Position numbers and translations under genes: made by a program
Shown: one piece after another, positions 29,461-40,760 of the stretch
Position numbering within the stretch: position 1 is the stretch's first letter
Layout: every line of letters begins with the position of its first letter
Assembly: GCF_036321535.1 (NCBI RefSeq)
Contig: NC_087437.1
Coordinates: 34,412,001-34,476,000, forward strand
Reading direction: 5' to 3'
Length of the DNA: 64,000 nucleotides
Origin: Camelus dromedarius
Taxonomy: Eukaryota
Notes under the pieces: model-generated
The model's input: the letters and a program-made list of their open reading frames with translations, nothing else
Told to the model about the DNA's origin: nothing
Databases searched by the model: none

Positions 29461-30345
29461 AAAAGACAAAAATTAGATTTAAGAAACAAAACTAAAAGGA
29501 AAAAAGCACTAACAAAATGTGAAAAATCCTGGGAGGAAAAGAGGGAAGGTTTGACTTGTCAACAAGAATGTGTATAGATAAGAGGCAGCAGAAAGCCTCA
29601 GTGGTGAACAAGAATGTGAAGGAGAGACAAGAAATTCAAGAGCTAGATCATAAGTGCATTTATACCAAGTTCTGTTTGGGTCATTTGCATATTGGCTAGC
29701 CCTGGGGTGTTGATATTAACAGGTGAAATGAACGGTTTGCTGATGACTACAAAAGGCTCTATTTTTAAAAGTACAATTTTTATCAACAGTCCCCTAAGTA
29801 GCTCTAATCAGACTCCTGTGTCTCTTTCCCAGTAAAGAAAGGAGAGAGACAGGCGCAGATCTTTTACTCAGATTGGTCCCATCATAGAACCACTTGAAAA
29901 CTAGATGAGATCTCTTATATGGCAGAAGGCAGAGGCAGGCTCACCATTTCCAGGGACAGATTAAAAAACATAGCAAGCAAAGGAAACAGGTGTGCAAATG
30001 GCAGTACAGTTCAATTACTAAAGACCTCCAACCCCCACCACACTGCAATTTCTGTATGCATTTTCTAAAGTGTGTGTTCATGCAGTGTTATTTACATTTC
30101 CTTGCAATTCTAGCTATAATTATAGCTAGATCTTGCCAATTATACTTTAATATTATTCTTATTGGTTATATTTATAATCTTTTTGCAGGCTGGCCTAATA
30201 AATTCCAGCCAATAAACCACAAGATTCACAAATTTAAAAATAAGTAGTCATCTTTAATTCATTCTTCTATTTTATCAACTAGCATAGAAAAATCATACTC
30301 AACTGATAAACTAGAGTGCAGTGCAACTATTAAAAAAATGCGGTG

Positions 30346-30455
30346 GGGGCTGTATAGCTCAGTGGTAAGCACACACTTAGCGTGTGAAGTCCTGGGTTCA
30401 ATTCCCAATACCACCATTTAAAAAAAATTGTTTCAAAATAAAATCCTTATCTTAA
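30346..30455 (+). mobile_element. tRNA-derived SINE (Vic-1-like)
   Basis: TATAGCTCAGTGGTA A box, GGGTTCAATTCCC B box; TSD aaaaaaatgcggtg (30332-30345) / aaaaaaatgaggtg (30456-30469). Confidence 0.88.
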
Positions 30456-33400
30456 AAAAAAATGAGGTGAATCTATATGTACTGATACAGAAAGATGCTT
30501 ATAATCCATTAAATGACCAAAGTAAAGTGTACAGCAGTATTATATAACTCAATCCCCTTTGTAAGAAAAAGTGGGGGGAGGATATACATTTAAGCTAGTG
30601 AATACTAAAACATTTTTCTTGGAAGATATGCAAGACACTTAATGAAGATCTTTGTGAGGGTAGAGACACTAGGATGAAAAGGAAGATTTTAACTCTCATT
30701 TTATTTGTTTCTGATTGAAGTTTTTACCATGTTCATAATATTTTCTTTATCTCTATATTTTTAAAATGAGATTACCTGAGTGATAGCATTATGGCCCAAT
30801 TTTGCTTTCTTCTTTACGCATTTCTGCACTTAAAAACACCCTAATAAATGTTACTTTTTTATAAGATCACCATTGTCATTCTCTTTCCAGTTTCTACTGC
30901 ATTTGACCCATCTTATTGAAACTCTCACCTTGTGATCTTTCAAGTACTGTACTTTGTTTTCTTCTGTATATAAAATGGAGTTAATAATGCCTACTTCACA
31001 GGTTAGTTATGATAATTAAATGAGATAAAGTACACATGAGATCTAAAAAAGACATCTTACAAATGTCCAGTAGAATGCCTGAAACTAGTAATTACTTAGT
31101 AACTGTTAGCTATTTGTAGTGAAAATTGGTGTTTTTATCATTCTGCATGTATTCACTCTTTCCCTAGCTACAAAGAATTTCTCCTTGGAACACCCACTTC
31201 CTCACTTTTAGCCCAAATGGCTTGAATGGAGCCAGCATGAGACCCAGACTTAAAACAATTAGAGCATTCCAACAGAAACTTTTATTCAACCAGAAGATGG
31301 GAAAGAAAGAGTCACCCTGAGGTCTTTAATTTTAGAAGATTTGAGGCTGGAGTTACTGTAGCTATCTTACCACAGCAAGGGGAGAGACTGGTGGTGTCAG
31401 AGGCCACTATGTGGAACCTGAGAATAATGCCAAGAGAAGGAAATGCAAAGCAGAGCAAAGAAAGAAACCAAATCTTGGTGTCTTTGTTTAAACACTGAGT
31501 CCAGTTATACTCAACTAACTCTTTGGTTATGGAAGCCAATTCTTTTCTTTTCTCAAGACAATTTAAATTGGGTTTTCTGTCGCCTGTAATCTAGAGTCCT
31601 GAGACTCAAGTCTATAATTACTTCTTCTTCCTAGAGTCTAAGAATGGACATTCTCTGTTGCTATCCTCTCTTTATTCACAACCTTAAAAATCTAATCTAT
31701 TTTTAGTATTCCAACTATTCTTGTAACTCCATCTCATCCTATTTTCTCTCCTGACAATATTCTCTACCTCTGCTACCCACTGGATATATCTTTCCTAATC
31801 TCAAACTATATGAATAAAAACAAACTCATTTTTCAAAACAGTCAATCTCCCAAAATTGTTCTACTTCCTCACTTCCCTTTTTTTCTGTTAAGGTAGATGA
31901 GAATTTCAACAAGATTGGTGTACTAGGGGGCTTATATTATCAAGAAAAATATTCAAAACTATCTGTCCTGTGTCTATATCTAATTTATTCATCTTGAACA
32001 ATATTCTCTAAGTATTTATACATTACTTATACAAATGCATATGTATTTATTCATCTTGATTTATTAATATCTAACTAATCCAAATATTTAAAATTACAAA
32101 CTTGATTAATATTTTTAAACATTTACCTACAAATTAATTTCAGACTTAATGAAATTCTGTAACCACATTAGAAGGCAGACAAAAAACATATTATAATGAT
32201 GACAAAATTTAACTATGCACTTCAAGAAGTGCAAACATGGCATTTTAATTCTATTTCCAATTTCTCTCTTTGAACTTATTATTTCTTCCTGTGGGGTACA
32301 GTTTTTTAAAATATAAAAAGTGAGGGTTCTCTTCTCAGACTGCCTGAAAATAAAAATAATGGTTGTTAGTAGATGATTTTGGACCAGAAAGATGAGACTT
32401 GGTTATACTTTCCAAGATGATTGTAACCTAGTCCATCCCAATTGGACCAGCTTCTTTTTATCCAAAGTATTGGCAGGGATCAATCAAGTCTTTATCTCTT
32501 ATGACCCTAATCTTTTCTCAAATCACTTCTCCACTTATTCTGAGTGCCCTACTTTCACTCTGGATTTAAGTCTCCTCCGCAGCAGTTTGTTATGGATGTC
32601 TTTTATACATTATACAACCTGGTTTAAGCTCATTTGAAAAAATATTTGTCCTGTGTGGAGCATGTTTAGGTTCAGCTAAATCTAAAGCTATCAGTCACTT
32701 TATTGATTTATTGAAATTACATTTCTTTCTCATCAGTCATTATGACCTATCATTATTTACAGCAATCATCAAAGGTAGTAAAGCTAGGATTTATTTGTGA
32801 CTTATTTTCTTCCTATCCCCTCATCACTAATCCAAGGATTCATAAAGAATAGAAGCTGACTGACTTTAAGGGCTTAGACTTTTAGCCATTAAAATCTGCA
32901 AAAGCTGTAGATCTCCACCCCAAACGTGTCCAGATTTTTTCCATTCTACTGCATAGGCACTTGTCACCTTCCACATGAAGGACTGTAAAATAATAATCAA
33001 AGCCATGTCTGATTAATCTCTTCCCTTTTAACACATCCTACAAAACTACTAGATTTTTGTTTGTTTACCAAGTCATTCCTTAGCTCAAAATTTTTCTAAT
33101 ATTTTGAAAACGTATCATATCTATCATCCTTTATATAGCTTTCAAGACTCTTGATAAGCTAACCTTCTTCCAAATTTGACATCCCATTAGTCATCCTCAG
33201 CATATACCCTAATAAGGTCAATGTCATAAACACAGCAATATCAAATGCTTGTAGTGTGTGTGCTAGACAAACAATCATAAACAATCTTATGTGGTAGGTA
33301 TTATATACTGGCTTTATAATAAACACTCTCAGAGATTGATCACTTGAGTAAATAGTCCAAGCATGTGGCTAAAAAATGATAGGATTTGGGATTCTGTTAT

Positions 33401-34637
33401 CTGCTATATCTTTCTACTAAATCGTGCTCTGTCCTCCACATACACCACTCAATTTGGTCTAGTCTTTGCTTTTTTTCATCGTTAATATCTTTTCAACTCA
33501 GATTTAGTAGTGTTTTACAGACTTCGAAAATCCAAAAGATTCCAGATGCTGTCAAAGAGAATTGCTACATTTTCTTGGTACACATACCGGCCAATTTTTT
33601 TTTCATTGAGCTTTATTGTCTGTAGTTTATCTTACAAAAACAATAACTTTTTTCAAATATATAGGTATATTGTAATATCGAGTCAATGTTCACTCAGACC
33701 ACATCAGTCTCTCAACCTCAGCAAATTCTTACACTTGGAGGGAGTGTCCACCACACCTGTTTTTGAGAATCATGGAACTTGAATATGCTCCTCAGGTCAC
33801 AAATCATACTTACTTATTTAGAATGATAATGTAAGTTCGTTCAAAAAGCAGATTAGCGTTTTATTATGCCAGGCCCTAAAAATGCAAAAATTAAAAGAGG
33901 GAAAGAGGCTCCCCATTCTCAATGTCAAGTACTTAAGAGTCGCTGAATAAATGCTTATTGGGTTAGTCAAATCAACCAGTGGCTAACACTGTAGGGGTCA
34001 GGACCACGTTTAAGAATCTGATCAAAGTTCTAGGAAAACTAACTCCCCAGAAAAATTCCCAGGCACACAGAATTTTTCATACAATTCCGTGGGCAGAGGG
34101 TTAGTGAAGAGATGGTATGAACGTCTCTGAAGTCTAATCACCTACCAGCAGATCCACAAACTCCTAGTTAAAAACCTACAAACAAAACTAAATTCTCTGA
34201 GAACAGGAATACTTGCTGAATAGTCTTGATTATGCCTGACACAGTGCAATGTATACAAAGCTACTTAAGAAATATTTGCTGATTAATAATTTTCCCATAA
34301 CCAGATGACATAGCTTCCATTACGGAGTCTTTCAGCCAAATGATTTTAAAAGCCTGAAACCTCCTTTCACTAGTGACACTACTGACCTAACACCAATAAC
34401 TCGAAATTATTATTTTGCTATTCACTACACGATCATTCACCAATCCAGGTCTTGTCTCCTCCTTGTTGTCCCTTTACTGCCTCCAAACCCAAGGCTGCCT
34501 TCGCATCCCAAAAGCTACGTCCAGAGTCCCACTGCTGCCAGGGAGAAGGAAAGTAACTGATTCTCCACGCTGCACACACCCTCAAAGCAGCGAAGGTGGA
34601 TCAAGTAATGGCCACAACTTCCAAATCCTTTTCTCAC

Positions 34638-34790
34638 CTCTTCAGAGGTAAAGAGATTTACCTTAAGTTCCAGGAAGGCGGTGGCAATCGCTCTCAGAGC
34701 TGGCACTCGTTACCAAGAAGCCTCGAACCTCCCCGTCACCATAGCGACTTCTAAGAGCTACGCTCACTCCCTCTTCCCGCGATACTTCCC
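34638..34790 (-). other. IFT80: IFT80 non-coding exon 1 (TSS approximate)
   Basis: At the left edge of the CpG island; two candidate minus-strand donors, AAG|gtaaat (exon end 34662) and GAG|gtgaga (exon end 34638). Confidence 0.6.
34735..34748. promoter_or_regulatory. candidate RFX X-box
   Basis: GTCACC-AT-AGCGAC (revcomp GTCGCTATGGTGAC), a close variant of the palindromic GTTGCCATGGCAAC, at the 5' end of a ciliary IFT gene. Confidence 0.65.
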
Positions 34791-35169
34791 GGCAGCGCGT
34801 CACCCGAGCGGGCCTGGGACCCCGCCCCTACGCGAGCCCGCCCTCTCCTTAAGGGGTGTTATTGGATGACTGAGTCCTGCCTTCGTCAGTGGGCGGAACC
34901 CCACCCTATTTTTTTTTATCTTTTTCAAAACTCGCAAAGATTTTTAAAAAATATTTTTATAAGAGTGCTGCTTCCGTAGGCCCCAGAGAAAACACTGTCT
35001 TGCTCTTTTTCACTTAGTAGAAAGGTCCGCTGCCGGGGTCCCGCCAGGAGTCCGCGCATGCGTGTAAGCGACAAGAAAATGGCGGAGATAATCGCCGCAT
35101 TTTTTTCAAATTAATGGTTCCCAGAAAGCATTGCGCGCATTTGTAACGAATTTCCGTTCGAGTTTGTAT

Positions 35170-35273
35170 TTTAGGCGCCATTTTCGAGTGAAGGACCCGG
35201 AGCCGAAACACCGGCAGGAGCGGGGGGGCTACACAACCGTTTCCAGCCTTGGTTTGAGTGGACTGTCCCGCAG
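35170..35273 (+). other. SMC4: SMC4 non-coding exon 1 (TSS approximate)
   Basis: Ends GGACTGTCCCGCAG|gtaaagt; would splice to cccag|CGACTATG at 36392; resembles the human SMC4 5'UTR as recalled. Confidence 0.8.
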
Positions 35274-36396
35274 GTAAAGTACTTCTTTTCCTGATCAGGT
35301 TGTCACACTCTTACTTCCTGCCTCGTCCGCGGGCGCCTGGGAAGTAGAGGCCTTGAGCTGGAGCAGCCGAAGTCTGGGCTGAGGCTGCCGCTGGGAGATT
35401 TCGCTACTGTCACCCCTCCCCCCCTGGGCCGCTCCCCGGCAGTCGGGGCTCCGCGCGCTTCTCCCCGGCGCCACTTCTCAGAGCTGCTTAAGCGTCGCTC
35501 GAGGGACGGGAGGGGCTCTAAGCCTCGCGGACCTCTTCTCAGAAATCTTGGTCCCTGTCGGACCCTACCGTCGCCCCCTGCCCGTTCTCTCATCTCCCAA
35601 GGGAGTAATCACCGGGTCTGAGCCCTTACTACTGACCTTTCGTAGTTGTCCAACGGGATTCCGCCGCGGATCCCGGAGGGACAGATCCCTGCCACCCCAG
35701 ATGGCTGTCGGCTTCTGACTTGAAAGTCGCGAGTGTCGACCCCAGCCTCCAGGCGCCTGTCCTGGTCGGACTGTAGAGGAGACCGCAAAGCCCCCAGGCC
35801 GTCAGCGGCGCCAAGAGTTAATGGCGGGTAGAGGAAAGTGGGCGGCGAGCCGCCCGTTAGTTCTTCGCTGCTGTTGGAAGAGTCGATAGCCCCTGAAGCC
35901 TAAAGTTAATACGAACTCGACCCTCTCAAATTCTGTGAGCTTGCATCCCTAGCCCCGAGAGCGTGGGAATATCAGTAAATGCCAGCGTATGGGAATTACT
36001 TAGTTTAGAAATTATATTAGAATATCCCTGTATACTTATACTGTGGGCGGACAGCGGGGGGGGGGGGGGCATTAAAAAATAAAAGAGAACCTAAGCTGTT
36101 GCTCTATCCTTGAGTCATCTCCAAGCATGTCTAGGTTTTCCCACTTGCTTAGGACTTAAGAAAATGGATCCCCCTTCTTGGCACTTGAGTTTTTGGTGCC
36201 TTCTTTCTTGAGGACCCGCTGGCGTTGAGCAGGGTTTTAAAACGGGGCTCTCGAGTACAAGTGGACCGAGTTTTATCCGAGTCGGGTAGGGTGGGGTCTG
36301 AGCCAGTCCCACCGCGGGGCCGGCGGGGAATGCACCGGGACGGTCCTGTGACCCGCAGGCTGACTTGCTGCCGGCTCTTCCTCGGTCCCAGCGACT

Positions 36397-36535
36397 ATGC
36401 CCCGTAAAGGCACCCAGCCCTCCACTGCCCGGCGCAGAGAGGAAGGGCCGCCGCAGTCTCCGGACGGCACCAGCAGCGACATGGAGCCCGAACCGCCGCC
36501 CGGCCGCGCGGGGAGCCCGGCGCCTGCCACCGCAG
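36397..36535 (+). CDS. SMC4: SMC4 exon 2 coding part (ATG 36397; exon starts 36392)
   Basis: MPRKGTQPSTARRREEGPPQSPDGTSSDMEPEPPPGRAGSPAPATA; donor CAG|gtgagt; 139 nt. Confidence 0.96.
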
Positions 36536-37436
36536 GTGAGTAACCCTTCGCGACGCGACGGGCAAGTGCGTGGGATACCCTGATGCGTGCGTGGGATACC
36601 CTGGTGCGTCCGCGCGCCACCCAGGACTGGCTGGTGTTCTTGGGCGCGAACGAGCGGGGCTTCGGGGTTGACGTCTGAAAGTAGCGCGTCGGTCGGGTAG
36701 AGCAGCTCAAGAAAGCGATGTGGCGATTTTTACGTTAGACTACGTGCAATTTCGGTGTAACGGTGTTGGAGGGGATGGGGGTGCGAATAGAAACTTCAAT
36801 TATGAATTTGTTTATTGTCTTGTGTTTCTGCGGAAATAGACATAGCCTGTAGCCAGTGGACTTTTTTTCAGTCAGCGTGACTGTATGTTAGTATGATGGA
36901 AAGTTGTTTGATCCTAACTTCTCCGTGGTCTTAAATTGCGTTTAAAGAGATGGTAATTTACTCGAAACTACTGCAGCTTTTGTGAGTCCGGGAATGGGGT
37001 GACATTTTGGAACCCCTGCGACAGTGTCGTAGGGGCTCTTGAGTATCCAAAGATAAGGTTCCAGGGTGCTCAAAGATACGGAGAGCGTTGGTTCTAGAGC
37101 CGTAGGATTTAGCCACCTGTTTAGGCAGGCAGCATGGAATCAAGTGGTTATGGTGTTCCCAGATTTGCTTCATGATGTGGTGTTTTGACCCCTAAAACGT
37201 GTATTTCTGTAGATTTTTGCGACTGGTGGCATTTCTTTCAAGAATTTTTTTTTATGAAACCAAGCTGAAAGATTCTCATCCCTGTGAGTTCTCACCCCTG
37301 TATTTGAGCGGGAAATACAGATTCCTAAGTTTCATAAATAACAGCTCTCCAGAGATGAACAGGCAGCAGTCCTCCCAACTAATTGCACTAATACAGGCTT
37401 TTTTCCCTTGCCTTCCCTTTCCTTTGACTGACTTAG

Positions 37437-37615
37437 AGACTCCAAGTGAGGAAATTGATAATAGAAGTTTAGAAGAGATTTTGAATAGCATCCCTCCTCC
37501 CCCGCCTCCAGCAATGACCAATGAAGCTGGAGCTCCTCGGCTTATGATAACTCATATTGTAAACCAGAACTTCAAATCCTATGCTGGGGAAAAAATTCTG
37601 GGACCTTTTCATAAG
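37437..37615 (+). CDS. SMC4: SMC4 exon 3
   Basis: ttag|AGACT..AAG|gtattt; (E)TPSEEIDNRSLEEILNSIPPPPPPAMTNEAGAPRLMITHIVNQNFKSYAGEKILGPFHK; 179 nt. Confidence 0.97.
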
Positions 37616-38067
37616 GTATTTGACCATTTTAAATAACTGTTGTAAGGTGATGAGTCTTTATTACAAAATGTTTCGATTTTGTAGCTATTGTATTTATTCC
37701 GATTGATACATATACGGTGTGTTTCCTATGCTTTTAACAACTGAAATTAGCTTTTGTTTATCTGATTATCTTTCGTATCTCTAAATTTTCCTCACTGAAT
37801 ACAATTGGTGGGGGTTTTTTGTTCAAAAGGAGTATGTTCTCTGACTATAAGAATGAATTTTATAAAAAGTCTGTTAGAATTAAAATATAGCCATATTTAA
37901 GGTGTTGAAGCTTGTGGTAGAGAACATGATGTATGAAAACTGCTGTCTTTTAGCAATGAAAACTTATAAATACTTGAAGTTTTGCTGCGAGTAAAAAAAA
38001 AAACAGCTTAAGTTAAAATTGGTAGTATGACCTTTTTAACCTTTTTTTCCCTGTTCTTTTTATGCAG

Positions 38068-38259
38068 CGCTTTTCCTGTATTATTGGGCCAAATGGCAGT
38101 GGCAAATCCAATGTTATTGATTCTATGCTTTTTGTATTTGGCTATCGAGCACAAAAAATAAGATCTAAAAAACTCTCGGTATTGATACACAATTCTGATG
38201 AACACAAGGATATTCAGAGTTGTACTGTAGAAGTTCATTTTCAAAAGATAATTGATAAG
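38068..38259 (+). CDS. SMC4: SMC4 exon 4 (Walker A)
   Basis: gcag|CGC..AAG|gtaagg; RFSCIIGPNGSGKSNVIDSMLFVFG...QKIIDK; 192 nt. Confidence 0.98.
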
Positions 38260-38984
38260 GTAAGGGACTTTATTTAGTTATTTGCAACTTCAAGTAGGGA
38301 ACACGAAGGATTTCAATACATTGCACATTTTATTATTTTGGGCTTAAATTGGCTTGTAAAAATTAGCATATGGTTAAAGCAGAACCAGCAATTGGTTTTA
38401 TTACCTCCATAACCATATTTTCTTTTTGAGGAGTGGTGGTAATGGCTGTTAAACTTAAAATATTATTTTTTTAAGCCAGGAAAATGAATTACAAGTAGCT
38501 CATAATAATGCTTACCTTTTTGGAATAAAAACACTGAGCAGATTTAGTATCCTGTTACCAAGTAGGCATTCTTTTACTATAAATTTAGGGTTCGTTTTTC
38601 TAAAAGTTATGTTTTTTATTGCTTTCAGATAAATCACATAATTTAACAGTTGACTAATTTTACCATTATTTCAATTTACATTAAATTTAATGTTATTAGT
38701 AGTTCTGTGTACATGTAATATGAAAAAGCTTTGCTTCCGTTTGAACTAACTACTCTTAAAATAGGGGAAGGATAAGCTAACATGTTTGTTTGCTAGAAAA
38801 GCAGACAATTACAGGTAAAATATCTATGTAGATTATTTACATGACTCTGTTGATACTGGGTTTTTTCCTCTTATGTTTAATAATTAACTTTGGAAATTCA
38901 TGGTTCGAAAATGGCTGGCTGGAACCTAAAAGTGTAAAAAACTAATTACATAATGAAACAAGGATGTGATTTGGCCTCTTGGTC

Positions 38985-38987
<3 letters not shown>

Positions 38988-39021
<34 letters not shown>
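38988..39021. repeat. (TAT)n microsatellite
   Basis: About 11 consecutive TAT units. Confidence 0.9.
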
Positions 39022-39829
39022 TTAATATAAAGTGCTTTAATTAAATCTACATGGTGGTATATATTTGAGTTTTGTTTCTTAGTGCTTTTTTATTGTACAC
39101 TTTGGGTTGGAAGATAGATTGCCAGTAAATCAGACTTGATTCCATACCCTGTTAATTACACTTGCTTTGTGTAAATTTTAAAAGCCATGATTTCAAAATG
39201 ACAGCTTTTAAAGGAAAGCGATTTTTAGTAATAAAGCAGGTTTGCACTTCATTTTTTTTTTTAATTTTGTTTGATTTTAAAAACAGGGGAATGTAGTTGT
39301 CAATTCTTTGCAGTTTTTTTTTTTTTTTACCTTCAATTAATGACATGTTCTTCACCAAAAAAGAAAGAAAGAAAAACCTAAGCCATATCACCCTACTACT
39401 TCACCACCTTCTTTCCTTTTTCCTTGAATAATCTCTTACAGCTTTTTTTATTATTATTTTTTAATGGACTGGTAATCTGTCAACGTGGTTTAATAATTTG
39501 GGTGGGTTTGTTTTGGATATGGTGGGAGTCTTGTCCTCTTTCATCAGTTCTTTCCTCAGTCAAATATGTTTTTAGGCTTGAAAGTGGGATGTTTTCTTTT
39601 TGTTTGCTTAGACTTTTTGGTTTCTGTGATCTATGAGGAAAGCATCAAAGAATTTGGAAAATTATTTCTAAGAATAATTATTTCTAAGAACCATTGTTAG
39701 TTTATGTGCATGTTCAATTGAAGTTTTTAATCCATAGAATTGGTTTCAATATGAGGTGAGGGAAATTTGGAGCAAACCTATGACTTAATACCAACAATTG
39801 TTTTCTGGTTTTGTTTTTCCTCAAAACAG

Positions 39830-40006
39830 GAAGGGGATGATTATGAAGTCGTTCCTAACAGTAACTTCTATGTATCCAGAACGGCCTACAGAGATAATAC
39901 TTCTGTTTATCACATAAGTGGAAAGAAGAAGACATTTAAGGATGTTGGAAATCTTCTTCGAAGCCATGGAATTGACCTGGACCATAATAGATTTTTAATC
40001 TTACAG
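39830..40006 (+). CDS. SMC4: SMC4 exon 5 (up to the Q-loop)
   Basis: acag|GAA..CAG|gtaata; EGDDYEVVPNSNFYVSRTAYRDN...DLDHNRFLILQ; 177 nt. Confidence 0.97.
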
Positions 40007-40119
40007 GTAATATTAAAGAAATTAAAAGTGCTCTCATTCTTGGTTTTTTGTTTGTTTGTTTGTTTGTTTGTTTCAGTAAAGTTCAAGGAGGTTTCGCCTG
40101 TTGGATGAATCCTGTATTT

Positions 40120-40217
40120 TTGAGGCCTTAAAGTACTGTAGCAGCACATCATGGTTTACATACTACAGTAAAGATGCGAATCATTATTTGCTGCTCTAGA
40201 AATTTAAGGAAATTCAT
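40120..40217 (+). ncRNA. MIR15B: pre-miR-15b (5p mature 40139-40160; 3p 40177-40198)
   Basis: TAGCAGCACATCATGGTTTACA with the complementary arm CGAATCATTATTTGCTGCTCTA. Confidence 0.98.
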
Positions 40218-40273
40218 TCAAAACTGTATTTTCATCATATGCTTATTTTATTTTTGGATGGACTGACATACTT

Positions 40274-40354
40274 GTTCCGCTCTAGCAGCACGTAAATATT
40301 GGCGTAGTGAAATAAATATTAAACACCAATATTATTGTGCTGCTTCAGCGTGAC
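40274..40354 (+). ncRNA. MIR16-2: pre-miR-16-2 (5p mature 40283-40304)
   Basis: TAGCAGCACGTAAATATTGGCG with the arm ACCAATATTATTGTGCTGCT; clustered with miR-15b in an SMC4 intron. Confidence 0.98.
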
Positions 40355-40512
40355 AGGGATATAGCAACTATTTATGGTTTCTGTTTGTATTTCTCTTTAA
40401 GATAACATTTTAAATGAGATTCACTCTTTTAATAGTCTTTTTCCTTTACTTTTGTTTTTATTTGTAATCTCTACTAACATTATATACTCCAAAAAAGAAA
40501 AGAAAAAACTAC

Positions 40513-40760
40513 TTTTTTCTAATTGAAGATATAGTCAGTTTAAAATGTGTCAATTTCTGAAATAGTTCAGTCATATATGTGCATACATATATTCCTTTTC
40601 ATATTCTTTTTCATTATACGTTACTACAAGATATTGAATATAGTTACCTGTGCTATACAGTAAAAACTTGTTGTTTATCTATTTTGTATACAGTAATTAG
40701 TATCTGCAAATCTCAAACTCCCAATTTATCCTTTCCCACCCACTTACCCCACTGATAACC
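40513..40760 (-). mobile_element. truncated L1 3' end
   Basis: T-rich start, then ttactacaagatattgaatatagttacctgtgctatacag...ctcccaatttatcc; the same family as 57145-57420. Confidence 0.82.

Larger units (their letters stand above)
34670..36760. promoter_or_regulatory. CpG island / bidirectional IFT80-SMC4 promoter
   Basis: Sharp GC/CpG enrichment in an AT-rich window. GC boxes (34820-34828, 34891-34896), ATTGG (34861-34865), NRF1-like GCGCATGCGT (about 35054-35063), YY1-like AAAATGGCGG (35076-35085) and CGCCATTTT (35176-35184). Confidence 0.9.

Noticed and set aside
36056..36069. Poly-G runs (also near 9119, 10660 and 16702) as G-quadruplex elements
   Set aside because: Isolated homopolymers with no evidence of function; their lengths are error-prone.
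35303..36710. GC-rich ORFs on both strands in the CpG island
   Set aside because: Expected from stop-codon scarcity in GC-rich DNA; only 36397-36535 matches SMC4.
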